Assembly (NCBI GenBank): GCA_964489445.1
Contig: CAZAYU010000004.1
Location: 141,198-194,208 of the forward strand
Direction of reading: 5' to 3'
DNA: 53,011 nucleotides
DNA from: an uncultured Planctomycetia bacterium
GTDB taxonomy: Bacteria > Omnitrophota > Gorgyraeia > Duberdicusellales > 4484-171
This document shows positions 1-10,100 of this stretch, piece by piece. The notes under the pieces are model-generated. The model was not told the origin of the DNA. It worked only from the letters and a program-made list of their open reading frames with translations, and did no database searches. The position numbers were made by a program, and so were the translations under genes. Numbering within the stretch: the first letter of the stretch is position 1; every line of letters begins with the position of its first letter.

Positions 1-47
1 CCGTCTTTTTTAATTTTTTCAATTAAATTATCCAACTTTGCTTCCAT
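1..47 (-). CDS. 5' fragment of a probable V/A-type ATP synthase subunit E (runs off the window)
   Basis: ATG at 47 preceded by AGGAGTGGTGG (RBS-like). Reads MEAKLDNLIEKIKKDG, resembling the N-terminal L..LI.KIKKDG pattern of bacterial V-ATPase subunit E. Only 15 codons are visible. Confidence 0.45.
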   Translation of the reverse strand, partial: MEAKLDNLIEKIKKD

Positions 48-192
48 AAAAACCACCACTCCTATTTTTGAATAATTTTAATAAGCGCAGATACAATCTA
101 GTTGTTTATCGACAAATATTCTCTATCAAGATATTTCATAACACAGTGCATAACGCTTTCCTGTGCAACTATTATAAGAGAAATAACAGTTA

Positions 193-220
193 ATTATATA
201 ACCTGCAAGAAAAAAGGCAA
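193..220 (-). promoter_or_regulatory. candidate sigma70 promoter for the gene starting at 47
   Basis: TTGCCT (220-215), 16-nt spacer, perfect TATAAT (198-193) in the intergenic gap below pyrF. Confidence 0.45.
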
Positions 221-283
221 TTCTTTTATTTGCTGCTTAATGATGCTTGAAAATAACTAACTAGTAAAAAAAATAATTACACT

Positions 284-952
284 TTATCCAAATAAAATTT
301 CCTGGGCTGCTTTTTGGTAATCATCGCTGTTAATTATTGGCCTACCAACCACTATATAATCAGCGCCGGATTTAAAAGCAAAAGCTGCAGTAGAAACTCT
401 TTTCTGATCATCGTTATTCTCTTGCTGTTGGCGAATGCCGGGAGTTATCACTTTTAAATTATACCTTTTTTTTATGTAGCTTACCTCCCAAGGAGAGGCA
501 ATAACTCCGTCTATTCCTGATTTTTCAGCAATATCCACTAATTTTAATACTTGTTTTGTCTTAGCGTTAGAGCTGGTCAATTCGCTTACCCCTAAAATTA
601 ACGGTTTTCTTAAACGAAATTTCCGAGCGACACTAATAACTTTTCTCTTTACTCTTTTTAGCGCTTCTTCACCGGCTTTTAGATGCACAGTAAAAGCCCA
701 ACACCCCATTTGAGTTATAATTTCTGCTGTTTTTTCCATAGTATTAGGGATATCGTAGAGTTTAAGGTCTAAAAAAATATCTACTTTTTGGCGAACAAAT
801 TTTGCTACTAATTCCGGACCAAACTTGGTAAACGCCACAGAACCAATCTTAAGCTTAACGCCCTGTGACAAAAAACATTTTGCAACTTTAATAATCTCTG
901 AGCGCTGCTCTAGATCTAACGCCACTATTAGTTTTCGATACAAATCAGACAA
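284..952 (-). CDS. pyrF: orotidine-5'-phosphate decarboxylase
   Basis: LIVALD, FLDLKLYDIPNT (DxKxxDIxxT active-site motif), TPGIR, DYIVVGRPI; overlaps the pyrD stop. Confidence 0.97.
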   Translation of the reverse strand: MSDLYRKLIVALDLEQRSEIIKVAKCFLSQGVKLKIGSVAFTKFGPELVAKFVRQKVDIFLDLKLYDIPNTMEKTAEIITQMGCWAFTVHLKAGEEALKRVKRKVISVARKFRLRKPLILGVSELTSSNAKTKQVLKLVDIAEKSGIDGVIASPWEVSYIKKRYNLKVITPGIRQQQENNDDQKRVSTAAFAFKSGADYIVVGRPIINSDDYQKAAQEILFG

Positions 953-1850
953 TGATCCCTCCCGTTAGTTGTTTAATGTTTCCTATGTTATGTTTCTTTA
1001 AATACTCCTTAATCCCTTTTAGAATATGCTTAGCACTGTTAGGGTTAACTAAATTGACAGTTCCCAAGCTAATAGCCGCAGATCCGGCTAACATAAACTC
1101 TATTGCATCAGAAGCACTGTCAATTCCTCCGCCACCAATAATCGGAATTTTTAATTTTTGAGCGACTTTCCACACTCGATATAAACTTAACGGCTTGATT
1201 GCCTTGCCAGAGTAACCACCGTAAATATTCCCTAAATACGGTTTTCGAGTTTCGATATTAATAGCCAGGGAAAAAAAGGTATTTACTAAGCTTAATCCGT
1301 CAGATCCTCCGTCCTGAACTGCTTTTGCTATTTGCACAATATTTGTAACTTCCGGAGTGATCTTTACAAACAATGGTTTTTTCGTTAACTTGCGTAACTT
1401 TCTTGTCAACCGATAAGTAGACTGCGCACTTTGAGAAATTAACTTTTTTAAATGTAAATTCGGACAAGATAAATTAATTTCTAAAGCATCAATTCCTTGC
1501 TTTTGCGATAGTTTTTGAACAATATGCTCATATTCTTGATGTGAAAAACCACCTACGCTGACAATGCATTTAGTATCAAGCTGTTTAATTAATGGTAATT
1601 TTTCTTTTAAAAAAATTTCTAGTCCGGGATTTTCTAAGCCAACAGAATTTAATACTCCACATTCAGTTTCATAAATCCGTGGAGGAATATTTCCTGCTCG
1701 AGGATTAGTAGTTATCGTTTTAGTAATCAGCGCTCCGATGAATGAAAAATCAACAAAATTTTTTAGCTCGCTCCCAAAACCAAAAGTTCCCGAAGCAGCA
1801 ATCAACGGCGTTTTAAGCAGTAACTTTCCTAATTTTACGGATAAATCCAT
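945..1850 (-). CDS. pyrD: dihydroorotate dehydrogenase class 1B, catalytic subunit
   Basis: ASGTFG, TKTIT, R.GN.PPR, EINLSCPN (catalytic Cys), GGYSG.AIKP, IIGGGGI; pyrK is nearby. Confidence 0.97.
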   Translation of the reverse strand: MDLSVKLGKLLLKTPLIAASGTFGFGSELKNFVDFSFIGALITKTITTNPRAGNIPPRIYETECGVLNSVGLENPGLEIFLKEKLPLIKQLDTKCIVSVGGFSHQEYEHIVQKLSQKQGIDALEINLSCPNLHLKKLISQSAQSTYRLTRKLRKLTKKPLFVKITPEVTNIVQIAKAVQDGGSDGLSLVNTFFSLAINIETRKPYLGNIYGGYSGKAIKPLSLYRVWKVAQKLKIPIIGGGGIDSASDAIEFMLAGSAAISLGTVNLVNPNSAKHILKGIKEYLKKHNIGNIKQLTGGIIV

Positions 1851-1874
1851 ATTTTATATCCTTATTTACTACTC

Positions 1875-2231
1875 TTATTTTCCAAAAATCATTTTTAAAG
1901 AAACAATAAACAAAAACCATCCAAATGTTTTTTTTAGTATTACATCTGGAATTTTCTCAACAAAACGGGCCCCGAATAATCCTCCGATAAAAAACCCCAC
2001 ACACATCAATACCGCTACATTAATTTTAACATTGCCCTGTTGGTAATATTTAAGAGCCGCTAAAAGACCAATTGGCGGAATCATCATCGCCAACGTTGTC
2101 CCTTGTGCCTGATGTTGAGTAAAACCAAAATAATAAACTAAAACTGGAATTAATATCGCCCCGCCTCCTAACCCTAAGAAACCGCTAAATACTCCGGCAA
2201 TTAATCCCAACCCTAAATATGAATACCACAT
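1875..2231 (-). CDS. half-size sulfite exporter TauE/SafE (TSUP) family membrane protein
   Basis: G..AG..SG.LG.GGG.I..P.L motif, AQGT.L, G...GA; about four hydrophobic helices in 118 aa. Confidence 0.85.
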   Translation of the reverse strand: MWYSYLGLGLIAGVFSGFLGLGGGAILIPVLVYYFGFTQHQAQGTTLAMMIPPIGLLAALKYYQQGNVKINVAVLMCVGFFIGGLFGARFVEKIPDVILKKTFGWFLFIVSLKMIFGK

Positions 2232-2274
2232 AATCTACCTCTTAGTAACACTGTAATTTTTCTGCCTTGATATT

Positions 2275-3084
2275 TTATTCCCATATGGTATTTAAATTAA
2301 ATACTGGACCGTCTTCACATACCTTTTTATACCCCTGCTTTGTTTCAATGGCGCATCCACAGCAAAACCCTAAACCACATCCCATATATTGCTCAAAGGA
2401 AGCCTGACAATGAACTTGAGAATACTTTTTTATTATCAAAAACATTTCTCTAAGCATCTGCTTTGGACCACAGGTATAAATATTTACTGGTTGTTGATAG
2501 CTTATGCTCTTAAGCTTGTCATTGAGTAAATTAATAACATTGCCTCGTATTCCTTTTGATCCGTTGTCAGTTGAAAGAAATATTTTACATTTTAACCTTT
2601 TAAACTCCTCTTCACACAAAATATCATCTTCATCTTTTGCGCCCAAGAGAATAATATCTTGGTTCTTATCTGTCTTCCTTTTCTCTTTCTTTAATTTTTC
2701 AGCCAAAAAAACTAAAGGAGCAACGCCCAATCCTCCACCGATTAGAATATTTATTGCCCTATTCCGACTATTAACAGATTCAGGAATCACAAAACCTTTT
2801 CCTAATGGTCCGATAATATCTAAACAGCATCCTTTTTTCAGCGTAGATAACATCTTAGTCCCCCGCCCTCTGACTCTAAATAGAATATACACTTTATTTT
2901 TTTTAATTTTATGGATACTAAACGGCCTACGTAAAATAGTTGGATCTATTTTTAAGTGAATAAAATTACCGGGAGAAGATTGTTTTGCTAAATAATCAGA
3001 AACAAAACTTAATAAAAATACATCTTTCTTGAGTCTTTTAATGTCATCAACTCGCGCGTTCAATTGTTTTTCTTTCTTTCTCAC
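2275..3084 (-). CDS. pyrK: dihydroorotate dehydrogenase electron-transfer subunit
   Basis: LRRPFSI (FAD), GPLGKGF, GGGLG.APL, CGP, and CGLGFCCGC...VCEDGPVF [2Fe-2S] motif; GTG start. Confidence 0.95.
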   Translation of the reverse strand: MRKKEKQLNARVDDIKRLKKDVFLLSFVSDYLAKQSSPGNFIHLKIDPTILRRPFSIHKIKKNKVYILFRVRGRGTKMLSTLKKGCCLDIIGPLGKGFVIPESVNSRNRAINILIGGGLGVAPLVFLAEKLKKEKRKTDKNQDIILLGAKDEDDILCEEEFKRLKCKIFLSTDNGSKGIRGNVINLLNDKLKSISYQQPVNIYTCGPKQMLREMFLIIKKYSQVHCQASFEQYMGCGLGFCCGCAIETKQGYKKVCEDGPVFNLNTIWE

Positions 3085-3134
3085 TTCACCCTTTTATTTT
3101 CAATCTTTTACTTTGCTATCCCTATACACTCTCT

Positions 3135-3162
3135 ATTTTAGCAGGTAATATGACTTCCTCAA
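3135..3162 (-). promoter_or_regulatory. candidate sigma70 promoter for pyrK-tauE-pyrD-pyrF
   Basis: TTGAGG (3162-3157), 16 nt, extended -10 TG-C-TAAAAT (3143-3135), about 50 nt above the pyrK start. Confidence 0.45.
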
Positions 3163-3176
3163 TTGTTTATTGTCTA

Positions 3177-5021
3177 TTATTTATTTCCTTTTAAAGAAGT
3201 ATTGGCTACCTTTGCCTTAATTAAACCTCTTACTGAATTTCCAACATATACTTCGTCTGCCGCTAATAAATCTTCCATTTTGATGAGCTTTTCTTTTGCT
3301 TTTCCTTCTTTTATCAAGTGTTTTCTCAAAACACCCGGTAAAAGTCCGCTTTTTACATGGGGAGTCCACAAGCACTTCTTCTTTGAGATAAATAAATTGC
3401 TTATCGCTCCTTCTGTTAGTTCTTTATGAATATTCATAAATATCACATCAAAATACCCTTGTTGCTTGGCTTTTTTTCTTTCCTGATCATAAAGAGTACG
3501 ACGATTAGTTTTATGGTATAGAAAGCAATTTTCAGGATTAACTCGCCGAGAACTTAATTTAACCTTAGCCAGAGTAATGACTTTTCCTAAAGGTATCCTG
3601 GTAATCTTTACATTTCCGTCAAAGTTAACTATAACTCTTATTTTGAATTTTCCTTCCATTTTACATAATAAGCAATCTAACTTTTCTTTTAATGCTCGAA
3701 TATGAAGCGGTATTGAAAAATAATTGGCTGACTTCATCAATCTATTTAAATGGAAATCTAAAAGAAAATATCCTGCAGGCTCTTCTAATAAAATTGTTTC
3801 AATCAACTGAATACGTCTATTGTTGCTAGTAAAAAATTTAGCTTTAAGCAAAGCTTCCTTGTATTCCTCTTTGCTTGATGAGTCATAAACAATTCCGCCT
3901 CCGACTCCTAATTGTCCTTGCCTTTTGTGGATATTAATAGTTCTAATTGCTACATTAAAACACATTTTTCTAGAAGGAGAAATATACCCTATAGATCCAG
4001 TATATACTCCCCGAGCTTCTTTTTCTAAGCTATGGATAATTTCCATAGTTTTAATTTTGGGGGCTCCAGTGACTGATCCACAAGGAAAAAGTGCAGAAAA
4101 AATATTCCTTATTTGCAATTTTCTATTGATGTTTGCTTCAATTGTTGAGGTCATCTGATGCAATGTTTTATATCTTTCGATGTGAAACAATTTAGGAACC
4201 TTTATTTTGTTAGCAATCCGCCCTAAATCATTTCTTAATAAATCAACAATCATTAAGTTTTCTGCTTTAATTTTCAGGCTATCCCTCATTTCCTGGCAAA
4301 GCAATTTATCATATTCCGGATAAAACCCTTTTCGTGTAGTTCCTTTCATTGGCTGAGCAGTAATTTTCCTTGATTTAGATCGAAAGAAAAGTTCTGGAGA
4401 AAAAGAAAGCATACAATCTGCTCCTGTACTAATTAGTGCCGTATAAAAAGTAGGCTGCTGTCGCCTTAAATCAAGATAAAAGTCAATAACACTTCCGGAA
4501 AAATTAAATTTTATTTTAAAAGTAAAATTAACTTGGTAGGTAAATCCTTCCTGCAAATAATCCTTTATCACTCTGAGGCTTTTGCTGTATTCCTTAAAAT
4601 TAAGGCCCGCTTTTATTTTATTTACCTTATAATCTTCTCGGAATCGCTTGTTTGTTTTTTTAGAATAATTACTATTATTATCATGGGCAATTTTAATAGG
4701 CTTTGAACAAACTCCCAACCATGCCAATGGCCCATCGCCCTTCTTCCGAAGATGATAAAGCGCTGGGTCTAAACAATATCCAAATTCATAAGTAAAATAT
4801 CCGCAAAGCCAGTAACCTTTATCTAAATACTTTTCTATTTTGTTAAAAAACAAATTTACATTATCCTGCGGATTGAAAACTATTACATCTTTAAAATTGT
4901 TAAATAAAAAAGAAGAATTATTTTCCTTATTAAAGGAGGATGTTTCTAAAAAAACATAGGGTGGGGTCAAGCTCTCTAATCTATTCTTTAAATCATTTTC
5001 GGAAAATTGATAAAAACTCAT
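3177..5021 (-). CDS. pabB: aminodeoxychorismate synthase component I fused to aminodeoxychorismate lyase (class IV PLP enzyme)
   Basis: YQVN, SFSPELF, PMKGT, AENLMIVDLLRNDLG, FPCGSVTGAPK, YTGSIG, FNVAIRT. C-terminal third has ETI..., H..RL..SA, HKT..R, ELTEG.ISN, GLLPGV.R (PabC-like). Confidence 0.92.
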   Translation of the reverse strand: MSFYQFSENDLKNRLESLTPPYVFLETSSFNKENNSSFLFNNFKDVIVFNPQDNVNLFFNKIEKYLDKGYWLCGYFTYEFGYCLDPALYHLRKKGDGPLAWLGVCSKPIKIAHDNNSNYSKKTNKRFREDYKVNKIKAGLNFKEYSKSLRVIKDYLQEGFTYQVNFTFKIKFNFSGSVIDFYLDLRRQQPTFYTALISTGADCMLSFSPELFFRSKSRKITAQPMKGTTRKGFYPEYDKLLCQEMRDSLKIKAENLMIVDLLRNDLGRIANKIKVPKLFHIERYKTLHQMTSTIEANINRKLQIRNIFSALFPCGSVTGAPKIKTMEIIHSLEKEARGVYTGSIGYISPSRKMCFNVAIRTINIHKRQGQLGVGGGIVYDSSSKEEYKEALLKAKFFTSNNRRIQLIETILLEEPAGYFLLDFHLNRLMKSANYFSIPLHIRALKEKLDCLLCKMEGKFKIRVIVNFDGNVKITRIPLGKVITLAKVKLSSRRVNPENCFLYHKTNRRTLYDQERKKAKQQGYFDVIFMNIHKELTEGAISNLFISKKKCLWTPHVKSGLLPGVLRKHLIKEGKAKEKLIKMEDLLAADEVYVGNSVRGLIKAKVANTSLKGNK

Positions 5022-5059
5022 TGATTATTTTTTTTCGAACCTCTTGTCTAAAAACTATT

Positions 5060-5860
5060 TTAGCGTTGACAAATTTCACAAAAACAAGTCCCCCGTCCGG
5101 AAAGGATTATTTTTTTTATTTTCCTGCCACAAACCAAACAAGGCATATTTTTTCTCCCATAAACTTTAAGTCTTTTTTCCATGCCACCTTTGTCTCCGGC
5201 AGTATTCCGATAGGAGTCAACTGAAGAGCCACGATATTTTATTCCCTCCTTTAACACCTTAATTAATTCCTTGTGTAGCGCTTTTACCTCAAGAACGCTT
5301 AAAGAATTAGCCAAACGCTGCGGGTTAATTCCAGATAGGAATAACGCTTCTTGAGCATAAATATTACCAACTCCAGCAATTAAATTTTGCTCCATTAGCA
5401 ATGGCTTAATCGGTCTCTTTTTAGACTGAATTATTTGTGTAAGCTGATTCAGAGTTAATTCTAGCGCTTCCGGGCCTAGCATTTTTATAAATTTTAATTC
5501 TTGCCAGTTATCAACTAATCTCAACTCTCCCAGTAACCTTTGATTCATATAATTTAAATATTCTTCTCCGGAAAATTGAAATACAACTCTTGCTTTTTCT
5601 TCCCTCAGCCCATAAGAAAACCATCCAGACATTCTAAAGTGAATAATCAAAAAATTCTTGCTAGAAAGTTCAAATATCAGTACTTTTCCCTTTCGGAAAA
5701 TTTTCTTTACTTTTACCCCTGCTAGTCTATTGCAAAATTCAGAAACTTCTATCTGCTTAATAACTTTTGGGTTGTTTACCACCACTTTACTAATTACTTT
5801 ATTTAAAACTGTTTTCTCCAACTCTCGTTTTACTGTTTCTACTTCTGGTAACTCCGGCAT
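5060..5860 (-). CDS. mutM: formamidopyrimidine-DNA glycosylase / AP lyase
   Basis: N-terminal PELPEVET, RKGK, H.RMSG, H2TH motif AGVGNIYA.E.LF, C-terminal zinc finger CLVC...CEIC. Confidence 0.96.
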   Translation of the reverse strand: MPELPEVETVKRELEKTVLNKVISKVVVNNPKVIKQIEVSEFCNRLAGVKVKKIFRKGKVLIFELSSKNFLIIHFRMSGWFSYGLREEKARVVFQFSGEEYLNYMNQRLLGELRLVDNWQELKFIKMLGPEALELTLNQLTQIIQSKKRPIKPLLMEQNLIAGVGNIYAQEALFLSGINPQRLANSLSVLEVKALHKELIKVLKEGIKYRGSSVDSYRNTAGDKGGMEKRLKVYGRKNMPCLVCGRKIKKIILSGRGTCFCEICQR

Positions 5861-5904
5861 GAATTTCTCCGTTAATTTATTAATGAAACTTTTGCTAATC
5901 GTTA

Positions 5905-6297
5905 CTATTTTAAAATCTTGAGATAAACTTTCCGGCTACGAGGACCATCAAATTCACAAAAATACACCCCTTGCCAGCTTCCTAACACTAACATCGAATT
6001 TTTAATTATAATATTTAACGAGCACCCTAAAAGTGCAGCTTTAATATGTGCATCGGAATTGCCTTCTAAGTGTAAGTACTCCTTAGATTCGGGAACTAGC
6101 CGATTTAAATAACTAAGCATATCTTTCCTAACTGCTGGATCAGCATTCTCATTTATAGTTAACCCTGCGGTTGTATGTGGGCAAAAAACTACACAAGCAC
6201 CTTCTTTAACGTTTTCCTTCCGAGTAATCTTTAGAATTTTATCAGTTACATCTAAAAACTCTGTTTTTTGTTTGGTGATAATTTCTATTACTTTCAT
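5905..6297 (-). CDS. yjbQ: YjbQ/UPF0047 family protein
   Basis: PHTTAGLTINEN.DP.V..D, H.EGNS.AH.KA, LG.WQG.YFCEFDGPR. The likely start is ATG 6297 (MKVIEI), not the 6363 start of the ORF track. Confidence 0.92.
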   Translation of the reverse strand: MKVIEIITKQKTEFLDVTDKILKITRKENVKEGACVVFCPHTTAGLTINENADPAVRKDMLSYLNRLVPESKEYLHLEGNSDAHIKAALLGCSLNIIIKNSMLVLGSWQGVYFCEFDGPRSRKVYLKILK

Positions 6298-6301
6298 TTT
6301 T

Positions 6302-6532
6302 TTACATAAAAATGACAAAAAATACCACAAAAATAATAACCAACAGAACAGCCGTCCAAACAACCCAAGCAGGTTTTTTCACGCTCACGACTTCCTCTCC
6401 GCAATAAAGACACCTTATCGCTTCATGGGGTATTGGTTTCTTGCAATGCGGACAAAGTACTGTTTTTTTAAAATCTAACTCTTCCGCTTCCTCGCTTACA
6501 CTCTGAAAATCAAAAAATGATTCTGGGCTCAC
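6302..6532 (-). CDS. small zinc-ribbon protein with C-terminal transmembrane helix
   Basis: CPHC-x10-CLYC followed by a hydrophobic C-terminal helix; tightly packed between dut and yjbQ. Confidence 0.7.
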   Translation of the reverse strand: MSPESFFDFQSVSEEAEELDFKKTVLCPHCKKPIPHEAIRCLYCGEEVVSVKKPAWVVWTAVLLVIIFVVFFVIFM

Positions 6533-7044
6533 TATTTTAAACCTTTATAGATCCCTGCATAGCTTTCTGTTTCTCTTACTGGAACAAAAACAATCTGAAC
6601 TACTCGAGCATTTTCTTTTAATCTTAAACCATTAGCATTTTCCACCACCAAAATAAACTCTCCTTTTCCTTTAAATCCAGCGTCCCAAACTCCATGTTGA
6701 GTAAACGCTCCCATTCGCAAAACAGAAGTTCGAGTGTAAGTAAAAGCAATCAAACTATTACTCAGATTAACTATTTCGTTGGTTCTTACCTTGTACGCTC
6801 CTTTGTTTAAATTCCACCAGCCAAATTTATCTTCTCTGTTTAATTTTTCCGGTAGGATCTTTTTCCCTTCAGGAACCACTCTCTCTAGATTAGAGAAATC
6901 TAATGCCCCTTGAGAATTAAATTCAAATATTTTTCCAGCTGTTAAATCAAATCCATTAGGTGTTAGCTGCTTGTCGAGATCAATATAAGAATCAATTAGG
7001 TTTTCTGATCTAATTAAATTTATAATTTCCTTTTTGTTAAGCAT
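6532..7044 (-). CDS. trimeric dUTPase / dCTP-deaminase superfamily protein, archaeal-type dUTPase-like
   Basis: QLTPNGFDLT, RTSVLRMG, WDAGFKG, RVVQIVF, C-terminal YAGIYKG. No obvious catalytic LE.xN motif of dCTP deaminases. Confidence 0.8.
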   Translation of the reverse strand: MLNKKEIINLIRSENLIDSYIDLDKQLTPNGFDLTAGKIFEFNSQGALDFSNLERVVPEGKKILPEKLNREDKFGWWNLNKGAYKVRTNEIVNLSNSLIAFTYTRTSVLRMGAFTQHGVWDAGFKGKGEFILVVENANGLRLKENARVVQIVFVPVRETESYAGIYKGLK

Positions 7045-7111
7045 CTTTTTTAAAAAATCATAATAACTTATTTATTAATATTAATCTCTCAATGAGTAAA
7101 ATAAATTTACT

Positions 7112-10100
7112 TTATTTCTTCCGATAATACTCTTGAAGAGGCTTTATTTCAATTTCCTTATTTTGTGCTGCATCAATTCCTTCAATACTAGCCCAAGCAG
7201 CAGCCATTGACGTAATATAAGGAACTTTTTGCTGAATAGCCATAATTCGAATATAGCTATCATCATATTTGCTGCTTCTTCCAGCCGGAGTATTAATAAC
7301 CAGATGAATATTTCCATTTTTAATGGCATCAGAAATATTAGGGCGCCCCTCGTGCAATTTCTTAATCTTAACAGAATCAATATCATTATCCTTTAAGAAA
7401 CGATGAGTGCCTTCAGTTGCAAAAATATTAAAATTCATTTTTTTAATTTTTTTAGCTATTGGCAATAGCTCTTGCTTATCTTTTTCGGTAACTGTTAAAA
7501 GTATGTTACCTTTCCGGGGAAGTTTAGTCCCAGCGGCTTCCTGCGCCTTGAAGAAAGCAAGCTCAAAATTTTCTGCTATCCCCATTACTTCTCCGGTGGC
7601 TCGCATTTCTGGGCCCAGCAAGGGATCAACCTCCGGAAACATATTAAACGGAAAAACAGCTTCTTTGACGCCAACATAGGAAAGATCACTCTTTTTTAGT
7701 TGTGGATAATCTTTAATTTTACTCCCAAACATTAGCTCAGTAGCAATTCGAGCAATCGGTATTCCAGTTATTTTAGACACTAACGGTACTGTTCGCGAAG
7801 CACGAGGATTTGCTTCTAAAATATACACTTTTCCATCACAGATAGCATATTGAATATTAATCAACCCTATTGTTTTAAGCTCCCGGGCAATTTTTGCAGT
7901 ATAATCCTCAATAATTGCGAGGTGTTCTTCTTTAATATTTCGAGAAGGAATTACGCAAGCAGAATCACCAGAATGAACTCCTGCTAATTCAATGTGCTCC
8001 ATAACTGCAGCAACAAAAGTATGCTCCCCATCACAAAGAGCATCAACTTCGACTTCAATCGCATGTTCTAAAAATCTATCAATTAGCATTGGGTATTCTG
8101 GGCTAATATCAATCGCTCCTTCAGCATACCTTTTGAGCATGCATTCATCATAAACAATCTCCATGCCTCTTCCTCCCAAAACAAACGAAGGGCGAACCAT
8201 TAAGGGGTAGCCAATCTGGGAAGCAACTTTAACGGCTTCTTGTTTTGACCGGGCAATTCCGCTTTCCGGCTGCAAAATACCGATTTCTATCATTTTTTGT
8301 CGGAAATGCTCCCGGTCTTCGGCAAAACAAATACTTTCCGGAGTAGTTCCTAAGATATTTACACCATTATTTTTTAACTCTTGAGCAATATTTAATGGAG
8401 TTTGCCCACCAAACTGGACAATAACACCCTCTGGCTTTTCTTTATCATAAATTGCTAAAACATCTTCAACGGTTAACGGCTCAAAATAAAGTTTATCAGA
8501 AGTATCATAATCGGTAGAAACGGTTTCCGGATTACAGTTAATCATTATCGTCTCATACCCTTTATCACGTAAAGTAAGCGCAGCATGAACACAAGTGTAA
8601 TCAAATTCAATCCCTTGTCCAATCCTATTCGGGCCACCACCTAAAATCATAATTTTCTTATTCTTAGAAACTGAAACTTCATCGTTCCCATTGTATGTAG
8701 AGTAATAATACGCAGCATTTTTTACTCCACTTACCAATACAGTATTAAACTGTTCTACTTTACCCAAAGAAATTCTTTTTTCTCTGATTTCTTTCTCCTG
8801 CACACCAAAGATTGCCGATAAGTACCTATCCGCGAAGCCCATCTCTTTTGCTTTAGTAAGCATTTTTCCTGGTAGACTTTCCCATTTGTATACTAACAAC
8901 TCCTCTTCAAAATCAACTAATTCTTTTATCTCGTTAATAAACCACTTCCCAATACGAGTAATATTGTAAAGATCATCAACCGATACTTTCTTGCGCATGG
9001 CTTCATACATTAAAAAAATTCGTTTGCTCGAAGGAACACTTAAGCGTTTTTTTAATTCCTCCACAGAAAGATTTTTAAACTTTTCATCTCCCAGCCCATA
9101 CCTTTTTATCTCTAAGGAACGGATTGCTTTTTGTAAAGCTTCTTTAAAATTTTTCCCAATGCTCATCACCTCACCCACAGCTTTCATTTGGGTGCCTAGA
9201 ATATCTTGAGCTTTAGAAAATTTTTCAAAAGCCCAACGAGCAAATTTAACAACAACATAATCTCCGCTAGGTGAATATTTTTCTAATGTCCCTTCTTTCC
9301 AATAATGAATTTCATCCATGGTCAACCCAACAGCAAGTTTAGTAGAAATTCGAGCAATAGGAAATCCCGTAGCTTTCGAAGCTAACGCTGACGAACGAGA
9401 AGTGCGTGGATTAATTTCAATTACTACCAATCGATCATCTTCCCGATTGTGAGCAAATTGAACATTCGTTCCACCAACAACTCCAATAGCCTCAACAATT
9501 TTATAAGAAAGTTTCTGCATCCGATCTTGTAATTCCTTAGGCACAGTAAGCATTGGAGCAACACAAAAGCTATCTCCGGTGTGAACTCCCATAGGATCAA
9601 CATTCTCAATAAAACAAACTGTTATTTTTTGGTTCTTATTGTCACGAACTACTTCTAACTCTAACTCCTCCCATCCTAAGACAGACTCTTCTACCAGAAC
9701 TTGATGAATAATACTAGCAGACAACCCTCTATTAACAATAGTCCGTAGCTCTTCAACATTATAAGCAATACCTCCACCAGTACCTCCCATAGTGTAAGCT
9801 GGCCGTAACACCACCGGGTATTGAAGTTTTTGAGCAATTTTCTCTGCCTGCTCAACTGAATTGCAAGGATCTGATCTTGGCACAGAAATATTTAGTTTTC
9901 GCATGGTTTTCTTAAAGGCAATTCTATCTTCGCCTCTTTCGATAGCGTCAGATTTAACTCCAATCATTTCCACGCCATATTTTTCAATAACTTTATTTTT
10001 ACATAAATCCGAAGCCAGGTTAAGCCCTGTTTGCCCACCTAAATTAGGAAGAAGAGCGTCCGGTCTCTCTTTGGCAATTATTTTTTCCAAACACTCAACA

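Noticed and set aside
6298-6363. N-terminal extension of yjbQ in the ORF track
   Set aside because: It overlaps the zinc-ribbon gene, and family similarity starts at MKVIEI (6297).
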